From Candidatus Thalassarchaeaceae archaeon (GTDB taxonomy: Archaea > Thermoplasmatota > Poseidoniia > Poseidoniales > Thalassarchaeaceae): DNA of 33,148 bases. Both the position numbers and the translations under genes were made by a program. The stretch spans positions 1-33,148 of the forward strand of contig JASLKH010000066.1 in the NCBI GenBank assembly GCA_030747675.1, in the 5' to 3' direction. Positions within the stretch are counted from its first letter, which is position 1; each line of letters opens with the position of its first letter. This document shows positions 1 to 8,977 of this stretch, one piece after another. The notes beneath the pieces were generated by a model that worked only from the letters and a program-made list of their open reading frames with translations, made no database searches and was not told where the DNA came from.

Positions 1-132
1 AGCTCCGGCTGGAGGTGCGGTGGGAGGTCCTGCGGGTGGTGCGGATGGAGGTCCTGCCGGTGGTGCGGATGGAGGTCCTGCTGGTGGTGCGGATGGAGGT
101 CCTGCTGGTGGTGCGGATGGAGGTCCTGCCGG
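1..132 (-). repeat. 24-bp coding tandem repeat, about 5.5 units, encoding (PAGPPSAP)n
   Basis: The plus strand repeats GGAGGTCCTGC(T/C/G)GGTGGTGCGGAT, with variation mostly at third codon positions of the minus-strand frame. It continues off the window edge. Confidence 0.95.
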
Positions 133-753
133 TGTAGGAACTTGCGCAGTAGTATACACGGTAGTAGTGTGAGAATTAGGTAGAGAGGATTGCGATTCTA
201 ACAAACCTCCTGCAAAAGCGGCTTGAATTGGATTTGAAGAATCAATATCTGAGGCTAACATTGAATCTTCTTCGAAACTTTCTCCAAAACCATCTAATGC
301 ATTTCCAAATATGGATGCCATCGGGTCATCTTCATAGATTAAGGTGGATGGAGGGAGAGAAGACATTTTTTGATCAATTTCGTTCTTCTTCCTTGGCTCA
401 TTTTCAATTCTAACCTCATTAGTAAATGGTCCAAGCTCAATTGTTTTGGGTCCCGAATCTGTGTTGTAATCAAGTTTAAACAACCACGCCCCAGTATCAG
501 CAGGAATCCAAAATGTCAAGTTATCATCATCATTAGATTCAATTCTTTTTGGAGCACTTCGTGTCAACCCATGGGTTCCATCCATTGCTCTTACATCACC
601 TCGAATATCCCACAAATCTTGCCTTGATTCATTAGCAACATCGATTGTTATTTCAAGAACATCATCATCATCATCATCAATTTCCTCTACTACAGTCCAC
701 AATGTTGCTGTGACTCCTTGAGATGAAGCGGATTGCTGATTTGATGGTGGCAT
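1..753 (-). CDS. Hypothetical protein, 3'-truncated by the window edge (>251 aa); N-terminal beta-rich domain, acidic linker, Pro-rich repeat
   Basis: Absent from the ORF track because it has no stop in the window. Manual translation from ATG at 753 is open to position 1: MPPSNQQSASSQGVTATLWTVVEEIDDDDDDVLEITIDVANESRQDLWDIRG...PAGPPSAPPAGPPTAPPAGA. It is co-oriented with the upstream RDD gene. Confidence 0.8.
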   Translation of the reverse strand, partial: MPPSNQQSASSQGVTATLWTVVEEIDDDDDDVLEITIDVANESRQDLWDIRGDVRAMDGTHGLTRSAPKRIESNDDDNLTFWIPADTGAWLFKLDYNTDSGPKTIELGPFTNEVRIENEPRKKNEIDQKMSSLPPSTLIYEDDPMASIFGNALDGFGESFEEDSMLASDIDSSNPIQAAFAGGLLESQSSLPNSHTTTVYTTAQVPTPAGPPSAPPAGPPSAPPAGPPSAPPAGPPSAPPAGPPTAPPAGA

Positions 754-804
754 TACCGTGACGGTATCGACACCGCTACTTGAATCCCGCTCTGTAAAGT
801 GCCC

Positions 805-1377
805 TTAACGAAGGTGCCTTCTTTTAGCGGGAGGCAATGAATTTGCAACAACAACAATACTTGCACACTCTAGATCTATACTGGATTGATGAGTGTGCCT
901 ACGGTGGATATGTCTTGAATCGATGATGAAGAATATGATATTCAAAAAGGGTAGGAGATATTTCAGTTTCATCACAGAACGTTTCCCACAATCTGAACGG
1001 GGCAACGGTTCTCCATCTTCGCGAACAACTGCTAGTCCAAACCAGCGTTGACCCAAAGTTCGGCCAAGTGTTGCAACGAGATACTTTTGATACAAATATG
1101 CAGCAACTAAAATAATCCCCCAATTTAGTACTGAAACCCACCACTGGGTAGATACAAGTATAGTGTAACTAAAGGCATCTAAGATTCTCCATTTAGTCAA
1201 AATTGAAAGAACTCCCATGAATGCAATTACATCTAACATGAATGCAGACAACCTTTTCCAAATAGGTGCCAAGATTGTTCCTTCTGGAATTGGCCAATGC
1301 CCCGAATTGTTCTGAATAGATTGTTTGGCTAGAGTAATTCCATCACCATGAATAGAAATGGGGTTGTCTTCACTCAT
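805..1377 (-). CDS. RDD family membrane protein
   Basis: LAPIWKRLSAFMLD motif, two hydrophobic helices, then GRTLGQRWFGLAVVREDG. The track start at 1401 is TTG; ATG at 1377 (MSEDN) or 1386 is more likely. Confidence 0.8.
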   Translation of the reverse strand: MSEDNPISIHGDGITLAKQSIQNNSGHWPIPEGTILAPIWKRLSAFMLDVIAFMGVLSILTKWRILDAFSYTILVSTQWWVSVLNWGIILVAAYLYQKYLVATLGRTLGQRWFGLAVVREDGEPLPRSDCGKRSVMKLKYLLPFLNIIFFIIDSRHIHRRHTHQSSIDLECASIVVVANSLPPAKRRHLR

Positions 1378-1412
1378 GATTCTCATACCTTCCGTGTTCA
1401 ACCCTGTTTATG

Positions 1413-3431
1413 TTACATATGTATGACGTGGTACGCTTCCAAACCTCTCTCACTAGCCCAATCACACCATGAAGCCCAATCTGAATCATTTCGTAAAGTT
1501 CGAGGATGACCGAGTAAAATCAAACCCCTACGAGCTCTAGTTATTGCGACATTTAATCTTCGATGATCCTTCAGGAAGCCCATTTCTCCAGCATCATTTG
1601 CCCTTACTGCTGACAGAACGATTACATCTTTCTCTCTACCTTGATAGCCATCAATACTCTTGATTTCTAATCCATGATATTTTTCACCAAGTTCTCTTCC
1701 CCCAGCATTTGAAAATAGATCATTCAATAGCCTTACTTGACCACTATATGGGGTAACTACACCAATTTCATCAGCAGTGATATCTCCACCTGAAAGTAAC
1801 ATATCGACAATTCTTAGGGCGAGTCCTGCTTCATCCAAATTCTGCTTTGAAGAGCCATCTCCACTAGTATCCTCCACCCCTTCAACTGGTACAAAAGCCA
1901 CAGGTGCATCCCAATTAGGCCAAACGAAACCAATTGGCGCAGGCCGTTCTTCAGCAGCAACTCCATCAGTCAATTCACCGCCATAAAACCGCTCACTGGG
2001 CCATTCACGAATTACTGGATGCATCCTGTATTGGGTAGTCAACATTGTTGCAGGTAGTCCAAGAGTTATTAATCGCTCAAAAAGAGATCTTGCTAGCCCT
2101 TTTTCTTCCGCCCTTCTAGAAATCACAGTCGGTGGTAATTGTCTATGGTCTCCTACCAGGACAACATGTCTTGCACCTTTCATTAATGGAACTAAGGAAG
2201 CAGGCTCAGTTGCTTGAGTAGATTCATCCATCAACACCAATGGGAATCTACGAGATTCTAGCAACAAGTGACCGGCTCCTATACAAGTTGAACAAATAAC
2301 TTCAGCATGATCTATGATGTCATCACGCATTTGATTTTCAATTCGTCTGATTTCTTTCCAACCTCGATTAACATCTCGATGAGCAATCCCCTTCTCTTTA
2401 CCTTTCATTGATGGTAATCTTCGAGTTAAATCTTCATTCAACTTTAGTAATACATCCACATCATCCCTTAGATGATGTTCTTCCATTTTAGCTGCCATTG
2501 TTGCATCTCTCAGATTTTCTCTCACTTTGACAGGTTGCCCGATTCGAATTGCCTTTACACCAGCATTCAGCATTCCTTCAAGCAAGTTATCTACTGCGAC
2601 ATTTGAATCTGCTACTGCTAGAATTGGACCGACCCCCGTCTTTGCCCAAGATGCCAAAATTTGTACTGCAGTGTGTGTTTTTCCAGTCCCAGGGGGCCCC
2701 TGAATTAATGATAATCGGCTCTTCATAGCAGTGTCAAAAGCAATTTGTTGCGACCCATTCAAGTTTTTGCTATGACCAGAAGATGCAACAAGACGTTTTT
2801 CCATCCCACCTAAATTTGCTACACGCCCAGCACTGCCCGCAATATCTTTGACTTGACCAAAAATCAATTCGCGAAGGGGTGAAGCACCTTCTTCAGAATA
2901 CATTGCATCAATAGCTTGAGCCATTCGGTCATGCGCTACACGATTTACCCCACGATCTAAGCGCCATACACCTTCACGAATTTTTGGAGGTTGTTCGTTG
3001 AAAACGATTCTGATGAATGAACGACTTCGTGACAACACAGTTCCTTCAAACACTTTTTCTTTCACTGGGTTCTTTCGAGACAATGTGACAATATCTCCAT
3101 GTGAGAAACGATGATGTGGGAGGCTCACTCCTTTACAAAAAACCTTCACCACACGATCTCCGAATAACCACCCGTCGTTTTTTGCTAACAAATCGAATAG
3201 AGTTAATCCATTTTCAACAAGTTGACTTCTTGTCCATTTCCGCAATCGTTCTTCTACTGCAGACATTTCATCTTCAAGTTCTAAATCGATCAAATTGTGA
3301 AACCTCTCATGATAATCTTGTGATCGTGGAAAGGAATCTAAGATGACACCTTCAGATTCTGATGGTGATATTGAAGTGCCCGTAGGGGGGCCGCGCCTAA
3401 TGCGGTGGACCCGTCCTTTCTTGTCAACCAT
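1413..3431 (-). CDS. Superfamily 1 helicase, Upf1/IGHMBP2/DNA2-NAM7-like (AAA_11/AAA_12 type)
   Basis: Motifs QGPPGTGKT, ADSNVAVD, DESTQATEP, VGDHRQLPP, QYRMHP, DGYQGREKD and NVAITRARR. Confidence 0.92.
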   Translation of the reverse strand: MVDKKGRVHRIRRGPPTGTSISPSESEGVILDSFPRSQDYHERFHNLIDLELEDEMSAVEERLRKWTRSQLVENGLTLFDLLAKNDGWLFGDRVVKVFCKGVSLPHHRFSHGDIVTLSRKNPVKEKVFEGTVLSRSRSFIRIVFNEQPPKIREGVWRLDRGVNRVAHDRMAQAIDAMYSEEGASPLRELIFGQVKDIAGSAGRVANLGGMEKRLVASSGHSKNLNGSQQIAFDTAMKSRLSLIQGPPGTGKTHTAVQILASWAKTGVGPILAVADSNVAVDNLLEGMLNAGVKAIRIGQPVKVRENLRDATMAAKMEEHHLRDDVDVLLKLNEDLTRRLPSMKGKEKGIAHRDVNRGWKEIRRIENQMRDDIIDHAEVICSTCIGAGHLLLESRRFPLVLMDESTQATEPASLVPLMKGARHVVLVGDHRQLPPTVISRRAEEKGLARSLFERLITLGLPATMLTTQYRMHPVIREWPSERFYGGELTDGVAAEERPAPIGFVWPNWDAPVAFVPVEGVEDTSGDGSSKQNLDEAGLALRIVDMLLSGGDITADEIGVVTPYSGQVRLLNDLFSNAGGRELGEKYHGLEIKSIDGYQGREKDVIVLSAVRANDAGEMGFLKDHRRLNVAITRARRGLILLGHPRTLRNDSDWASWCDWASERGLEAYHVIHM

Positions 3432-3565
3432 GGTACTACCGAAAAGATACTACCCCTTAGCCCTCTCCCTCAGAATCGGGTTTTCCATGGAGATGGTTGA
3501 ACACAAAAAACTCGGCGCGAAATGTAGCGACCCTTATACCATAATTGAGAGCGCCAAGAGTTGGG

Positions 3566-4774
3566 ATGGGTATGTTCGGCTGGCGAAAAAAGCAAGAGGT
3601 TGACGGCAAACAATGTCCGTTATGCCAACTTGTGAATACTGAAGATGCCGATCAATGCACAAGGTGTTACTACGAATTCACAGTGGCTGCTCATCGTCAA
3701 ACAGTGTCAGAAGTATCCAGTGAAGAACAAAGTGACTTATTTGATGCATTATTGGGTGAAGATGATCAAAATAATGAAGATGAGACTATGGTCGATTGGA
3801 CATCTCACAAATTCACTATGGATGATATGACAGTTGAGGTTTCACCATATGATGATGATGGAATCGTTGAAGTTGATAAAGCCATATCTTTGGAAAATCA
3901 ATTTGATTCCCCTAATCCGGTTGCACGAGTTAAGAAACAGGACGTTGGAGATGTTGAGGATGGATATGTACTGACTGCAGCCGATGCTCCAAAGAATGCT
4001 GAAAAGTTTGATTATGGTAGCGGACCCGACTTATCTTATGTTGAGGAACAACATGTTGCTCCAGTTGTCAAACTGGTTGAAATAACTGAGAGTGAAGATA
4101 GAGAACCAGTTCAATCAGCTTCATCAATTGATGATTTAGATGAAGAAGAGGTCATAGAACCTCCTCAAACCCAGCAAAAGGAACAATCAATATCCAAAAC
4201 ACCCCCCACATCTCATGAATTGGAGGTTCCATTTGATACAGAACCACCTAAATCAGTTCCAGTCCCCCAGATTCCCAATGCAAATACGCCATCAACTCCC
4301 CAGCCCCCTTCTATCCCAGTACTAAGTGCAACAGTATCGGTTACCGAAGCGTTTTCTCCTCTATCAGATTCAACTCAACCCTCACCTATTGTAGAGCCAT
4401 CACAAATTTCTCCAGCACCTCCTGTTGTGCAAACTCCTTCGATTCCATTGGTTCCTTCAATTCCTTCGTCACAGAACTCATCCATTTGGCCTTGGCCTCA
4501 ATCTGAACCTTGGGAAGATCCTGAACTTCGAAAGAGCCTTCGTGAAACGATGGAAGCAGCTAAATCAGGAAATATAGATGATGCGAAAAGGAGTTTGGTT
4601 TCTCTAGGTCCACATTTAGGAGAAAGAATTGATTTAATATTCCACATTGGAGTTTTGTTGAAGCGATTTGGTCAAGAAGAGACGATGCAAAAAATGATCC
4701 AAAATGCACAAGTAAAATATCCAGACTCCGCAGAAGTCTCGAAAGCAGTTGAACATCTGTTAGATGCAGAGTGA
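3566..4774 (+). CDS. Hypothetical protein: N-terminal zinc ribbon, long acidic and Pro-rich disordered region, C-terminal helical (TPR-like) domain
   Basis: CPLC-x10-CTRC near the N-terminus, a D/E-rich then P/S/T-rich middle, and an amphipathic helical C-terminus. ATG at 3566 or 3572 is preferred to the TTG at 3545. Its stop overlaps the next start (GTGA). Confidence 0.8.
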   Translation: MGMFGWRKKQEVDGKQCPLCQLVNTEDADQCTRCYYEFTVAAHRQTVSEVSSEEQSDLFDALLGEDDQNNEDETMVDWTSHKFTMDDMTVEVSPYDDDGIVEVDKAISLENQFDSPNPVARVKKQDVGDVEDGYVLTAADAPKNAEKFDYGSGPDLSYVEEQHVAPVVKLVEITESEDREPVQSASSIDDLDEEEVIEPPQTQQKEQSISKTPPTSHELEVPFDTEPPKSVPVPQIPNANTPSTPQPPSIPVLSATVSVTEAFSPLSDSTQPSPIVEPSQISPAPPVVQTPSIPLVPSIPSSQNSSIWPWPQSEPWEDPELRKSLRETMEAAKSGNIDDAKRSLVSLGPHLGERIDLIFHIGVLLKRFGQEETMQKMIQNAQVKYPDSAEVSKAVEHLLDAE

Positions 4775-5385
4775 ACCTCAAACAGGACCCCCTCTTCGCC
4801 GAATTCATGCGTCCAACATCTTCTCTGATTTCAGAAGAAGGGATTAGGTTAATCCCTGCGGATCCTATTTGGCACGAATCAATCGTCGTGGCAATTAAAG
4901 AAAGTCAGCCTGATGTACGTCATGCATTGCCATGGTTTGAATGGAGTTCTCCGATAGATGTTCAAGTTTCAGAATATTTGGAAGAAGTGCAACGATTAGG
5001 AAGAGGTGGTCTATCACACCATTGGATTGTTGTTCATAGGGACACTTTTGTCGGGTTGATTGCATTGGATCATAGCCCACATTTAGTAATCGGCCATTGG
5101 AACCTAGGTTATTGGATACGTTCGGCATACCAGGGCCGTCGATTTGCCAGTTATGCCATTGATTCTGTCTTAACTTGGATTAGTGCAGCAGGGGGTGCCC
5201 CAACTGCAATTGAAATGCGAGTAGATCCATTGAATATTGCAGGAGTAGCCACTGCAATTTCAGCCGCACGAAGATGGAAAGGACACCGTTTTGAAGAAGG
5301 AGATGTCCATGTTGTGATTGGAGAGGAGTTTGTATTTCATTACTGTTGGTTGATTCCACGCTTACCTATTGAGGCATCGTCATGA
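4771..5385 (+). CDS. GNAT acetyltransferase, RimJ/RimL family
   Basis: FVGLIAL...WNLGYWIRSAYQGRRFAS is the acetyl-CoA-binding motif A of RimJ/RimL proteins; VDPLNIAG corresponds to motif B. Confidence 0.85.
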   Translation: MNLKQDPLFAEFMRPTSSLISEEGIRLIPADPIWHESIVVAIKESQPDVRHALPWFEWSSPIDVQVSEYLEEVQRLGRGGLSHHWIVVHRDTFVGLIALDHSPHLVIGHWNLGYWIRSAYQGRRFASYAIDSVLTWISAAGGAPTAIEMRVDPLNIAGVATAISAARRWKGHRFEEGDVHVVIGEEFVFHYCWLIPRLPIEASS

Positions 5386-6152
5386 ATTACTGGCTTAGTG
5401 TTGATACGGATGACATTTGTCATTTACCATCCAACCGGGGGCATCCAACACGTTCTTCTAATCCAATGGAGTTCTGGAAAACAGATGGATATCAGGCTTC
5501 TAAACAACTCCTGAAATGCACTGATTCATTCATGAATTGGGCATCAAATGGCCCTGACGTGACTATATTTTTAATTGCTGAACAATTGGATTGCCCAGCA
5601 TTTTATTCTAAGATGAAATCACTTCTTGATTTTCCAAATATCACGATAGCATGCCACGGGTGGGGACATAGATGTTGGTCTGCATGGCCGAAAGAAATTT
5701 CTGATTTTTCAGATATGCTAATTGCTGCAAAAAACCGTCTTTCAAAATTCGCCGGCCCCTCGTGGCGCCCATGGTTTCGAGCTCCGGGTGGATATGTATC
5801 TCAATGGATGGCGGCCCCTCTTGCTGCTGCCGGATTTAGTATAGACTCTTCTGTCAACCCCTCAAAATGGGTTGCTCGAAAGATGAATGGAAATTGGAAA
5901 AAAGTCATCACATCTATGAACAATTCAGGACTTAAAGAAAGACCGTGGCTGGTTTCAAAAATTGGACCAGCCTGTGGTCCAGCATTGAGTTTGTTTCCAT
6001 TTTCATTATTCGCAAAGAGGGCATGGAGTAATGCATCTAAAGGAAATACAGTTAATCCGGAAAATGAAGAAGTAAATACGCTATATTGGCATATACTTGA
6101 CCATGGTCGGAAAGCTGGAAAGTGGGAGCCACCATTATCTAAAGAGAAGTGA
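5382..6152 (+). CDS. Polysaccharide deacetylase family protein (CE4/NodB-like)
   Basis: SVDTDD (motif 1), HGWGH (metal-binding motif 2), FRAPGG (motif 3) and IDSSVNP. ATGA overlap with the GNAT gene. Confidence 0.8.
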   Translation: MNYWLSVDTDDICHLPSNRGHPTRSSNPMEFWKTDGYQASKQLLKCTDSFMNWASNGPDVTIFLIAEQLDCPAFYSKMKSLLDFPNITIACHGWGHRCWSAWPKEISDFSDMLIAAKNRLSKFAGPSWRPWFRAPGGYVSQWMAAPLAAAGFSIDSSVNPSKWVARKMNGNWKKVITSMNNSGLKERPWLVSKIGPACGPALSLFPFSLFAKRAWSNASKGNTVNPENEEVNTLYWHILDHGRKAGKWEPPLSKEK

Positions 6153-8820
6153 CATCCTTTCTATCAAAAGAAAGGTTGAGATCTTCAATTGCTTTTTCAA
6201 AAACCTCTGAAGATATAACTGAATTTCTCACAAGAGAAGAAATAGCGGCGAGAGCAATATGTTCTCCATCAATTTCAAAAAATCGGCGGAGATTTTGTCG
6301 TGTATCAGAACGCCCAAACCCATCAGTGCCAAGAACCACATAATCACCACTGACCCACTGTCGAATTAAGTCTGGAACAGCCATCATGTTGTCACTAGCG
6401 GCAATTGTAACAGTGCATTTTGAATCATTCAATCGTTCGCTAACCCAAGAATCACGATACGTTTGATTGGGATTTAACCTGTTCCATCTTTCGACATCAA
6501 GTGCATCTCTGCGAAGTTCTCCATAGGACGTTACTGACCAAATTTCTGAAGTGATTCCATATCCTTGCAGTATTTCTTTAGCACGAAGAACTTGTAACAT
6601 AATTGGCCCTGAACCAAGCAGTCGACATTGTGCATTACCTTTCTCAGCACTGCTTTCTATTCGGTATAATCCACGAATAATCCCTTCTTCACAATTTATG
6701 GGTTTCTTTGGCATTGGGTAGTTTTCGTTGTAAACTGTGATGTAGTACATGGCATCCTTTTCATCAACATACATTTCATTAATTCCGTGCTGAATGATAG
6801 TGGCTAATTCGTAAGCATATGCAGGATCCCATGCCTTCACTGCTGGATTTGTTAAAGCCATCAAATGTGAGTGCCCATCTTGATGTTGCAATCCTTCGCC
6901 ATTCAGGGTAGTTCGACCAGCTGTCGCACCTATTAGGAAACCTCTTGTCCGACTATCGGCAGCAGACCAAATTAAATCAGCCACACGTTGGAATCCAAAC
7001 ATTGAGTAATAGATGTAAAACGGAATTGTTGGGCAAGATTGTGTTGCATATGAGGTGCCACTTGCAATGAAAGTAGACATCGCCCCCGCTTCATTAATCC
7101 CTTCTTCAAGAATTTGCCCAGTTAAACTTTCTTTGTACTTCATCAAAACTGCATGGTCAACAGGTTTGTACATTTGTCCAGCAGGAGAATAAATACCAAA
7201 TTCACTGAATAATGGATCCATTCCAAAAGTTCGTGCTTCATCAGGAACAACTGGAACAACAAGATTCCCGAAATCTCCTGATTTCATTAAACTCCTCATT
7301 AATTTGACAAATACCATTGTTGTACTTACTTGTAATTTACCCTTTGTACCTTCATCGAATTCAGAATATACTTTCTTTGTTGGTACAACCAACTCATTTT
7401 TAGGAACTCTTCGTTCTGGTACAAAACCCCCTAAACCTTTCCTCTTTGACAATAAATAATCAACCTCTTCGGGATAATTTTCTGGTTGTATGTAAGGTAG
7501 ATTTTCTAGTTGGGTATCGGTGAATGGTAAATTCATCGAATCACGCATAAATTGCAAGTCTTTTTGCTCCGCTTTTTTCTTCCCATGAGTAGAATTTCTT
7601 CCAGCAAATGAAGGTCCTAGACCCCACCCCTTGATGGTTCGAACTAGGATAACAGTTGGCCTTCCTTTATGCTCTCTAGCAGCATGATAGGCTGCGTTGA
7701 TTTTTTTGAAATCATGCCCTCCTACATCATCAGTTAATACTTCGAGCTCATCATCTGAAAGATGGGCTACAATTGCGGTAAGTTCAGCTGTATTGAATAA
7801 ATCAGTTCGAATGGTTGCACCATCTGCTGTCATTATTCGTTGCTCATCCCCATCGACTAATGATTCTAAACGCCTAGAGAGATGCCCATCGACGTCATTG
7901 GCAAATAGTGAATCCCAAGAAGAACCCCATAGACATTTTATGACATTCCACCCCGAACCTGTAAATCGGCTAGATAATTCTTGCACAATTTTCCCATTGC
8001 CTCGTACTGGCCCGTCTAAACGCTGGAGATTGCAATTGATAACCATTACAAGATTGTCTAAATTTTCACGTGATGCCATTACAATTTCTGATAGAGATTC
8101 AGGTTCATCAGATTCCCCATCCCCCATGAAATACCATACGGTAGATTCTGAAGTATCAGTAAGCCCCCTATTGTGTAAATATCGGTTAAACCTAGCTTGT
8201 CTAATGGCAGTCATTGCCCCAAGCCCCATACTTACACTTGGGTATTCCCAAAATTCTGGCATTAATCTTGGATGTGGATACGATGAAAGTCCAGTTCCAT
8301 CGACCTCTTGGCGAAATTGTTCGATGATGGCTTCATTCATTCTTCCTTCCATCCAGGCACGTGAGTAAATTCCCGGACTTGCATGACCTTGCCAGTAGAT
8401 ATGATCTCCATTTCCCACCCCATCTTTACCTCGGAAAAAGTTATTCTGAGCAACCTCCCATAAATGGGCAGTACTTGCGTAGGTCGAGATGTGCCCTCCA
8501 ATACCCTCCAATTTTTTGTTACTGCGGGTAACCATCATCATTGCATTCCAACGAATGATATCAAGAATTCTAGTTTCAATCTCGAGGTTTCCCGGATATT
8601 TGGGTTGATGAGACGGATGTATTGAATTAACATATGGAGTATGCGTTAATTCGCCTAATGGGACACCAATTTCATTAGCCATATTGACAGTTTCTTGCAG
8701 TAAATAACGAGCTCGTTCTGGCCCGAAATTTTCCTCAACAGAAAGAATAGAATCTCGCCATTCTTGGGTTTCATCCTCGTCGGAGTCCGGAAGAGCGCTT
8801 CGATAGTTACTACCCTCCAC
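6139..8820 (-). CDS. aceE: Pyruvate dehydrogenase E1 component, homodimeric (AceE) type
   Basis: GGHISTYAS, QGHASPGIY, SSYPHPRLMPEFW, ThDP motif GDGESDEPES, NCNLQRLDGPVRGN, EEGINEAG and GTDGFGRSDTR. Likely GTG start at 8820 preceded by GAGGCG gives 893 aa; the track start at 8943 is probably over-extended. Confidence 0.95.
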   Translation of the reverse strand: MEGSNYRSALPDSDEDETQEWRDSILSVEENFGPERARYLLQETVNMANEIGVPLGELTHTPYVNSIHPSHQPKYPGNLEIETRILDIIRWNAMMMVTRSNKKLEGIGGHISTYASTAHLWEVAQNNFFRGKDGVGNGDHIYWQGHASPGIYSRAWMEGRMNEAIIEQFRQEVDGTGLSSYPHPRLMPEFWEYPSVSMGLGAMTAIRQARFNRYLHNRGLTDTSESTVWYFMGDGESDEPESLSEIVMASRENLDNLVMVINCNLQRLDGPVRGNGKIVQELSSRFTGSGWNVIKCLWGSSWDSLFANDVDGHLSRRLESLVDGDEQRIMTADGATIRTDLFNTAELTAIVAHLSDDELEVLTDDVGGHDFKKINAAYHAAREHKGRPTVILVRTIKGWGLGPSFAGRNSTHGKKKAEQKDLQFMRDSMNLPFTDTQLENLPYIQPENYPEEVDYLLSKRKGLGGFVPERRVPKNELVVPTKKVYSEFDEGTKGKLQVSTTMVFVKLMRSLMKSGDFGNLVVPVVPDEARTFGMDPLFSEFGIYSPAGQMYKPVDHAVLMKYKESLTGQILEEGINEAGAMSTFIASGTSYATQSCPTIPFYIYYSMFGFQRVADLIWSAADSRTRGFLIGATAGRTTLNGEGLQHQDGHSHLMALTNPAVKAWDPAYAYELATIIQHGINEMYVDEKDAMYYITVYNENYPMPKKPINCEEGIIRGLYRIESSAEKGNAQCRLLGSGPIMLQVLRAKEILQGYGITSEIWSVTSYGELRRDALDVERWNRLNPNQTYRDSWVSERLNDSKCTVTIAASDNMMAVPDLIRQWVSGDYVVLGTDGFGRSDTRQNLRRFFEIDGEHIALAAISSLVRNSVISSEVFEKAIEDLNLSFDRKDVTSL

Positions 8821-8947
8821 CGAATCGCCTCGTTTGTTCGGTATACCGGTTGGTATTGAACCAATCGCTATTACTCCTAGATATCCATTCAAAATGATGA
8901 TTGTAGTTTTATTGCCACTTTGTATGAATAATCTGTATACCATTCAC

Positions 8948-8974
8948 TTTTTATGCTCCTCCTTATAGGAGGAG
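8948..8974 (+). promoter_or_regulatory. TATA-like TTTTTATG followed by the inverted repeat CTCCTCCT-TAT-AGGAGGAG covering the SD-like sequence
   Basis: Perfect 8-bp inverted repeat at 8956-8963 and 8967-8974, ending 3 nt before ATG 8978. A T-rich TATA-like box sits at 8948-8955. Confidence 0.5.
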
Positions 8975-8977
8975 TTC

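Noticed and set aside
1-132. Regular repeat that could be mistaken for a CRISPR array
   Set aside because: The units are head-to-tail with no unique spacers and keep a reading frame; it is a coding tandem repeat.
754-807. The RDD stop is in frame with the downstream Pro-rich ORF across 17 open codons (possible read-through fusion)
   Set aside because: A short open spacer in the same frame is likely by chance, the stop is TAA, and there is no recoding signal.
3378-3391. CCCGTAGGGGGG also occurs in the hairpin at 28883-28904
   Set aside because: Here it lies in the helicase coding region (GPPTG), has no full stem, and a single low-complexity 12-mer match is not evidence of a motif.
7697-8368. 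223-aa plus-strand ORF
   Set aside because: It lies entirely antisense to conserved aceE and has no recognisable motifs; a shadow ORF.
8821-8943. N-terminal extension of AceE in the ORF track
   Set aside because: It has no AceE-like character, spans the divergent promoter region, and GTG 8820 has an SD-like sequence and gives the typical length.
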